From: an archaeon GW2011_AR18
GTDB lineage: Archaea; Nanobdellota; Nanobdellia; SCGC-AAA011-G17; GW2011-AR18
Reading direction: 5' to 3'
DNA length: 64,000 bases
Assembly: GCA_000806155.1 (NCBI GenBank)
Contig: JWKX01000004.1
Coordinates: forward strand, 1,185 to 65,184
Below are positions 57,951 to 64,000 of this stretch, piece by piece. The notes under the pieces were generated by a model that worked only from the letters and a program-made list of their open reading frames with translations, was not told where the DNA came from and did not search any database. The position numbers were made by a program, and so were the translations under genes. Every line of letters begins with the position of its first letter. Position 1 is the stretch's first letter.

Positions 57951-59787
57951 CAACACTAACAGGATCTTTAGTAACTTTAAGATTAGAGTCTTTAGGGAAA
58001 CATTTGAAATAACTCTCCCAGATATAACGCTGATCAAGGAAAACTACTATTCCCCTATCTTTTTCTGAACGGATACAACGACCAGCATTCTGCAAACATT
58101 TTATAATAGCAGGCATAATATAACCATAATCCCAGCCTTTACCGAATTTCTTATCATAATAATTAATCAATTCCTGAGTTTCCAAATTAGGCTTGTCTAA
58201 AGGAATACCAACAACAATAACACATTTAATAATATTATCCTCAATATCAATACCCTCACCAAAATTGCCTCCACTTGCTGCTAATAAGACAGCACCCTGA
58301 TACCTATATAATTTAAATTTATCAAGCAATTCACCTTTTTCTTGCTTACTAAGATTCTGAGTTTCTAAAATTGTAGTCTTTTCACATTTATTAGAGAAAA
58401 AATTATTAACTTTATCACGTAAATCATAACTTGGAAAAAAAATAATAGAATTACCATTAATGTTATTGACAATTGAAGAACAATAAACTGCTATTTTATT
58501 ATACATATCATCACTACGAGCAGTAAACTTAGTTGTAGTATCAGGGATAATCATATTAATTTTATTTTCAACAGGGAATGGATTCTTGAATTCACCAGTC
58601 AGAGCATTAATATTAAATAAATCTTTATACATATCCAAAGGAGTTAAAGTTCCAGACATACAGATCATAGAATAACATTCTCTAGATAATGGACTAAGAA
58701 TAAGAGATGGATCAAGACATTTATAATTAATAGAAATAACAGGCTTGTTTTTTAAATTAAAATTTTTATTAATAAATCTAGTAAAACCAGGATCAGGACC
58801 CTGCCAGTTAATAATAAAATGAGCAATAGCAGAACAGGAAGATTTTTTCTTAACAGCCATGACTGCTTCACCAATAAATAGTAAATCTTTAGTGAACTGG
58901 TCAATATTAATAATTTTATTAATTTCTTTGTTTAATTCTTCTCTAGTTAAAAGAGCTTCATTAGTTCCTCTGAATTTATTTTTAGCGAGGTTTTCAAACA
59001 TCAATCTGAAATCATTCAATATATCTGCAAAATCAGATGAATTATTATCCATGCATTCTTTAATAGCATATTCAATAGTTGAAGAGGATAATTGAGTTGA
59101 CATCAAATCACGGCATTTATCTGGAAGATTATGGGCTTCATCAATAATAATAATACATTTTTCTAAATCCTTATCTAATTTTTCCATCAAATTCTCACGA
59201 ATAGTTGAACTAAGAATGTGATGATAATCACCAATGATAACTCTTGCTTTCTTACCAAGAATACATGAGACTTCAAAAGGACATAATTTTTCAGACTTAG
59301 CAGATTCTTTCATCTCCTCAACATGCAAAATCCTTCCTGAAAGATCCTTTATAACAACTTCAGTATTCAATGATAATTTATCTTTATTTTTTAAATTACT
59401 ATAAAAATTACAGTTATCTTTACTTACTAAATCTTTACAATAATCATAAAATTCATTATTAGACATTTCATCAACAGCATTTTGAGCACACATGTGTTTC
59501 TTACCAATCAAATCAACAACCTGAAAATCAACATCAAACTTATTTTTAATTAATTTTAAAGTCTCTATTGCAATTTTATGCTGAGTGTGTTTTGGAGTAA
59601 TAAATATAACAGTTAAATTATTCTCAATAGCAAAAGATAAAGCAGGAGCTAAAGATGCTGAACTTTTACCTAAACCTGTTGGAGCATGAACAATAATACT
59701 TTTCTTTAAAGTAAGAGCATTAGAAATACTATCAATCAACTCTTTTTGAGATGGTCTAACTTGCTCGTGAGGAAATAATAGTTGCAT
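57931..59787 (-). CDS. xpd: XPD/Rad3-family (DinG-like) Fe-S DNA helicase.
   Basis: Contains Walker A HAPTGLGKS and DEAH (IIDEAHNL). A four-Cys cluster region (CAQN...C...C...C) lies between motifs I and II. Confidence 0.85.
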   Translation of the reverse strand: MQLLFPHEQVRPSQKELIDSISNALTLKKSIIVHAPTGLGKSSASLAPALSFAIENNLTVIFITPKHTQHKIAIETLKLIKNKFDVDFQVVDLIGKKHMCAQNAVDEMSNNEFYDYCKDLVSKDNCNFYSNLKNKDKLSLNTEVVIKDLSGRILHVEEMKESAKSEKLCPFEVSCILGKKARVIIGDYHHILSSTIRENLMEKLDKDLEKCIIIIDEAHNLPDKCRDLMSTQLSSSTIEYAIKECMDNNSSDFADILNDFRLMFENLAKNKFRGTNEALLTREELNKEINKIINIDQFTKDLLFIGEAVMAVKKKSSCSAIAHFIINWQGPDPGFTRFINKNFNLKNKPVISINYKCLDPSLILSPLSRECYSMICMSGTLTPLDMYKDLFNINALTGEFKNPFPVENKINMIIPDTTTKFTARSDDMYNKIAVYCSSIVNNINGNSIIFFPSYDLRDKVNNFFSNKCEKTTILETQNLSKQEKGELLDKFKLYRYQGAVLLAASGGNFGEGIDIEDNIIKCVIVVGIPLDKPNLETQELINYYDKKFGKGWDYGYIMPAIIKCLQNAGRCIRSEKDRGIVVFLDQRYIWESYFKCFPKDSNLKVTKDPVSVVKNFFS

Positions 59788-60156
59788 TTAAAGAGAATTT
59801 TTATTAGATTTATAATACTTATGATTATATTCTTTAATTATACAAATTTTTATAAATTAGAAAGTATCTTTATGATTATGACTTACAATATCTTTTTAGG
59901 GATTGTCGAGAAACCTGAAGCTCTAGATTATCCTTTGAAATATATGCCAGTTTTCGGATTTTCAGAAGAACAACTCAGTGATGGATTAACTGGTTGGACT
60001 AAGTACGGGTTTAATGTGATTTATCAAGGTGAAACAGAAACTCCTGATGAGGTAAGTGCAAGAGGTATTGCTACAAATGTCAATAACATTTTAGCTAAAG
60101 CAAATAAACAATGTTCTCTAGATATACTTCTATTAAATGATTTATTCCCGAAATAA
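59782..60156 (+). CDS. Hypothetical protein.
   Basis: ORF only. The probable start is at the internal MIM (~59872). Confidence 0.25.
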   Translation: MHLKRIFIRFIILMIIFFNYTNFYKLESIFMIMTYNIFLGIVEKPEALDYPLKYMPVFGFSEEQLSDGLTGWTKYGFNVIYQGETETPDEVSARGIATNVNNILAKANKQCSLDILLLNDLFPK

Positions 60157-60328
60157 TTATAAACTCTAAACAAATATTCCTAATATGAAATTCTATCAAA
60201 CAACAGAAGATAATAAAGCAATAATAAAACCAGGACAGAAAATATTCTTCAGATATACAAGCGGAGTAACTTCTTAAGATAGAAACTTATATTAACTAGC
60301 AGTTCATATATATTAACTGTGAGTTTAT

Positions 60329-60913
60329 ATGAATGATATTACCAAATATGAAATGGATATTGTCTTAATTTTAGTTAAGAGTCCTGAAATAGAATATAAT
60401 GCTAATAGCATAGCTAAAATAGTTAATATTACTCCTTCTGGAGCTTTAAAAATTCTTAGAAGATTAGAGAAGGAATCAGTATTAAAATCAAGAAGAGTAG
60501 GGCAGGCAATAATCTATAATATTAATACTGAAAATAAGTATGCTCTAGACTATGTTTCATTAATATTAACAAGAGAGAAAATATATTCAGTTCCAAGAAT
60601 AAAACGATGGGTTGAAGAACTAAAAAAAATAAAACATGCTGATACAATAATATTATATGGTTCTGTTCTAAAAAGTGATAACTATAATGATGTTGATGTA
60701 GTATTTGTTACTAATAATAAATTGATTAAAAAATTAGAGAAAGAGATCAATGAGTTAAATAATATAAACGTTAAAAGAATCCATCCTTTATATCAAACCT
60801 CTGATGATCTTATAAATAACATAAAGAAAAATGATAAAGTCCTATTAAATGCTATCAAAGGAATAATAGTCAAAGGAGAAAATAATTTTGTCACACTTTC
60901 CATAAATATCTGA
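60329..60913 (+). CDS. wHTH-fused minimal nucleotidyltransferase (MNT-type).
   Basis: Has an N-terminal wHTH (ANSIAKIVNITPSGALKILRRLE) and an NTase motif ILYGSVLKSDNYNDVDVVFV (GS...DxD). Confidence 0.65.
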   Translation: MNDITKYEMDIVLILVKSPEIEYNANSIAKIVNITPSGALKILRRLEKESVLKSRRVGQAIIYNINTENKYALDYVSLILTREKIYSVPRIKRWVEELKKIKHADTIILYGSVLKSDNYNDVDVVFVTNNKLIKKLEKEINELNNINVKRIHPLYQTSDDLINNIKKNDKVLLNAIKGIIVKGENNFVTLSINI

Positions 60914-60963
60914 AATATTTTCAATTTTTATGAATATTCTGCAAAAATTCCTCCTAAAGACTT

Positions 60964-61503
60964 ATGAATTTTAAAAATTATTTTAATAAAATGAGTCAAT
61001 TAAACGATAAAATAAAATGGTGCTTAAACAAAGCACAAAAAGAAATAAATGAAGGAAAAAAACATAGAGGATTATTACCAATAACTCCAGATATTAATAT
61101 TGCAAGAGAACATATAAATAAATCACAACACAACCTTAGGGTTACATTATATTTACATAATGGAGGATTTACTGATTGGTGTTCAAGCAGTCTATTTTAT
61201 ACTATATATCATTGTTTTTTAGGGATATTAGCCAAATATGGGTATGAAAGCAGGAACCAAGAGTGTACATTTGCAGTAATTGAGAACTTAATAGGAAATA
61301 ATGAAATTAATATTAATATTGAAGACTTCAAAAAAGTAATATCATTAGATGTTTCAAAAAATCAAGAAAAAAATACGGCAATAAACCTTAGAGAAAATTC
61401 TCAATATAGCACGAAAACATCATTAAAAGATACTGAATATAAAAAACTATTAAACTTAGCAAAGAAAATATTAGATGATACAAAAATTATAATAGAAGAA
61501 TAA
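60964..61503 (+). CDS. HEPN domain protein.
   Basis: Shows a helical HEPN pattern: A.EHI.KSQHNL...DW..SSLFYTIYH...AKYGYESRNQE.TF...LRENSQY. Confidence 0.6.
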   Translation: MNFKNYFNKMSQLNDKIKWCLNKAQKEINEGKKHRGLLPITPDINIAREHINKSQHNLRVTLYLHNGGFTDWCSSSLFYTIYHCFLGILAKYGYESRNQECTFAVIENLIGNNEININIEDFKKVISLDVSKNQEKNTAINLRENSQYSTKTSLKDTEYKKLLNLAKKILDDTKIIIEE

Positions 61504-61561
61504 TGATTAGGAAATTATATAAAGCTAAAAAATAAGATAAAACTATAGAGGTGATAGTGTC

Positions 61562-62131
61562 TTGCAAGAGGAACAAAGAGTAAACATAATAAGAGTTCTA
61601 GATGAAGCTGTAAAATCAATAAAAGATGGAAATATCGTTTTATTAAAGGACTTAAGCAATGAGACAATACATGATGCAAGCACAGTACAAGATCAATACT
61701 CGATAACAATAGCAATAATAATATATTCGTTAAGCAAGATCCATGAGAGAGAGACACATTATGGACAATTCAAAGGATGGAGAACATTCTGCTATGATTG
61801 TGTAAGAGGACTAGAACTAGCTAAAAATAGATTAGAAAAATTTGATATAAAAGGATTTGACAGAGAGATAAAAAATTATTTGAATACATTAAAAAAATTA
61901 GATACAAAATTAAAAAATTATATACAAGATGTATTTGAGAGAGCTAAGTTAAACAAAGCATCAAGAATACATGAACATGGAGTATCAATAGGAAGAACAG
62001 CTGAATTATTAGGAGTTTCAAGATATGAACTGATGGATTATGTAGGAAAAACATTCATCTCAGATGTAAAAGACAACTTAACAATAGATCCAGTAAAAAG
62101 AATGAAGATTACAAGGGAGATATTCAAATGA
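61562..62131 (+). CDS. Hypothetical protein with a C-terminal HTH (UPF0175-like).
   Basis: The C-terminus reads HGVSIGRTAELLGVSRYELMDYV. Its stop overlaps the next start (ATGA). Confidence 0.4.
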   Translation: MQEEQRVNIIRVLDEAVKSIKDGNIVLLKDLSNETIHDASTVQDQYSITIAIIIYSLSKIHERETHYGQFKGWRTFCYDCVRGLELAKNRLEKFDIKGFDREIKNYLNTLKKLDTKLKNYIQDVFERAKLNKASRIHEHGVSIGRTAELLGVSRYELMDYVGKTFISDVKDNLTIDPVKRMKITREIFK

Positions 62132-62799
62132 AGACAATAGTCTTTGATACAAGTTCTGTAATAAGCCTAGTAACAAATAATCTATTAGATATAATAAAAC
62201 CATTAAAAGAGAAATTCAAAGGAACATTCTACATACCAGAATCAGTTGAATATGAATTAATAGACAAGCCATTAGAGACAAAAATGTTCAAACTAGAGGC
62301 AATAATGGTAAGCAAGGCAATAGATGATAAAGATTTAGTTGTATATAATGAAGAACTAGATGTAGGATCATTATTGCATAAAATAAATAATCTATATTTT
62401 GTAAATGGAAAACCAATAAGCATAGTAAGCAAAGCAGAAGTAGAAGCATTAGCATTAGCAATAAAACTAGAATCAAGTGCATATGCAGTAGATGAGAGAA
62501 CAATGAGACTAGTCATAGAAGATCCAATGAGATTGAAAAAAATACAAGAAAATAAATTACATATGAAAGTGACAATAAACTATGAGTTCATGAATGAGAT
62601 AAAAAACTTAGTAAAAAATGTGAAAGTGATAAGAAGCACAGAGATAGTATTAATAGCATATGAATCAGGATTATTAGATAAATACTTAATAAATGTATCA
62701 AGAGAACAATTACTAGATGCATTATTATGGGGACTCAAGATAAGAGGATGTTCTATATCAAATGAGGAAGTAAAATCACTAACAGATTTTGAGTTATAA
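62128..62799 (+). CDS. PIN-like domain protein.
   Basis: The N-terminal IVFDTSSVISL, then ESVEYEL and AVDERT, give the acidic-residue spacing expected of PIN folds. Confidence 0.45.
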   Translation: MKTIVFDTSSVISLVTNNLLDIIKPLKEKFKGTFYIPESVEYELIDKPLETKMFKLEAIMVSKAIDDKDLVVYNEELDVGSLLHKINNLYFVNGKPISIVSKAEVEALALAIKLESSAYAVDERTMRLVIEDPMRLKKIQENKLHMKVTINYEFMNEIKNLVKNVKVIRSTEIVLIAYESGLLDKYLINVSREQLLDALLWGLKIRGCSISNEEVKSLTDFEL

Positions 62800-62801
62800 A
62801 A

Positions 62802-63902
62802 ATGGATAGGAACACAAAAGAATTCTGGTTTGGGGTATTTGCACTAGTAAGCATAACAGTAGGAGCAGGAGTATTAACATTACCATATATTTTTATTAAA
62901 GCAGGATTTGCAAATTCTGTAATTATATTAATTTTTATGACAGTAATACTTATGATATTATACTTATATCTGGCTGAAGTTGTATTAAGAACAAAAGGAA
63001 AACACCAACTGACAGGATTGGCTGAAAAGTATCTAGGAAAATATGGAAAGACATCAATGTTTATCTTTAGCTCAATAGGAATATACGGAGCATTACTAGC
63101 GTATATAATAGGAGCAGGAAAAGCACTAAATGCAATATATTTCTGGAATGAAACTTATTATTCTATAATTTATTTTTTAATAATGAGTACAATATTATAT
63201 TATGGAAAAAATGTATTTATAAGAGTAGAATCAATAGTATCATTAATAAAATTATTATTTGTAGTAATACTTGGAGTCATATTAATACCAAAGTTTACAA
63301 TAACACAAGTCAATGGATTTAATGTTGAATATTTTTATCTACCATACGGAGTATTCATGTTCTCATTATTAGCAGTAAGCTCAATACCAATAATGAATGA
63401 ACACATAAAATCAAAACAGACATTAAAAAAATCAATAATCTGGGGAATGATAATAACAGCAGTTGTTTATTTAATATTTGTAGTAGGAATGATAGGTGCA
63501 GGGGCAACAAATGAATTATCAACAACTTCACTAGGAGGAAAAGTAGGATTATTGGCTAATTGTTTTGCATTGTTTGGAATATCAACAGCGTTCATAGGAT
63601 TAGCATATATACAGAAAGAGGTATTTATGTATGACTATCTAATAAGTAAATTTAATGCATGGATATTAACAATAATATTACCAATATTACTATATTTAAT
63701 AGACTTAGATGGATTTATAAGGATAATAGAGGTAACAGGAAGTGTTTCTGGAGGATTGATGTTGTTATTAGTATTGATAATACATACAAAAGCAAAAAAA
63801 TTAGGAAATAGAACACCAGAATTAAATTATAAGGAGAATATATTGTTTAAAGTATTATTAGGAATATTGTTTATAGTAGGGATAGTGTTATTGTTTATTT
63901 AA
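62802..63902 (+). CDS. Amino acid permease (APC / aromatic amino acid transporter-like).
   Basis: Has about 11 TM segments and an N-terminal GAGVLTLPY motif. Confidence 0.65.
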   Translation: MDRNTKEFWFGVFALVSITVGAGVLTLPYIFIKAGFANSVIILIFMTVILMILYLYLAEVVLRTKGKHQLTGLAEKYLGKYGKTSMFIFSSIGIYGALLAYIIGAGKALNAIYFWNETYYSIIYFLIMSTILYYGKNVFIRVESIVSLIKLLFVVILGVILIPKFTITQVNGFNVEYFYLPYGVFMFSLLAVSSIPIMNEHIKSKQTLKKSIIWGMIITAVVYLIFVVGMIGAGATNELSTTSLGGKVGLLANCFALFGISTAFIGLAYIQKEVFMYDYLISKFNAWILTIILPILLYLIDLDGFIRIIEVTGSVSGGLMLLLVLIIHTKAKKLGNRTPELNYKENILFKVLLGILFIVGIVLLFI

Positions 63903-64000
63903 TAAAATAGAAGAACTTAAAAGTTAATTTATATCTAATATTATCATGAACAAAAATCACGAAGAGTATTTATTATTAACAGAAAAACTAGAAACAATAG

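Noticed and set aside
1-64000. CRISPR arrays, rRNA genes and large direct or inverted repeats.
   Set aside because: Reading by eye, I saw no regularly spaced repeats, no rRNA-like conserved blocks and no long duplicated segments. A computational repeat scan would be needed to be certain.

Overview
The window is a visibly AT-rich, gene-dense archaeal chromosome segment. Coding strands are purine-rich and GGAGG-type ribosome-binding sites are frequent. It is mostly information-processing and cell-envelope housekeeping. It includes the archaeal exosome superoperon (RNase P proteins Rnp3/Rnp2, proteasome alpha, SBDS, Rrp4, Rrp41, Rrp42) running directly into rpoK, an enolase-like gene and rps2. 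It also includes the L7Ae-S28e-L24e-Ndk-aIF5B operon, SecDF, XPD, GluRS, TyrRS, AlaRS, thermosome, RpoN, RNase HII, dCTP deaminase, UppS and one intron-containing tRNA-Ser(CGA). The gene content and several degenerate enzymes suggest a small-genome, DPANN-like archaeon; this is inference. No rRNA genes or CRISPR arrays were seen. The most unusual locus is at about 26018-27093 on the minus strand. It is a GC-enriched structured RNA with group I intron-like P/Q/R/S core elements, wrapped around a frameshifted double-motif LAGLIDADG homing endonuclease gene. It sits in an intergenic spacer rather than in an rRNA, tRNA or protein gene. The second striking pattern is that four conserved genes (thermosome, alaS, nfi, pyrH) each carry a short internal loss of conserved sequence plus a frame change. 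This is either real gene decay or, more mundanely, assembly or scaffold gaps that were closed up. Accessory content comprises a DUF262 (GmrSD-like) gene at the left edge, HEPN/MNT and HTH/PIN pairs at the right end, a transposase remnant, a radical-SAM/nitroreductase-methyltransferase/glycosyltransferase envelope cluster, PEGA and PGF-pre-PGF-like surface proteins, and a catalytically degenerate enolase homologue. All calls rest on motif recognition by eye and on synteny; no database search was possible.
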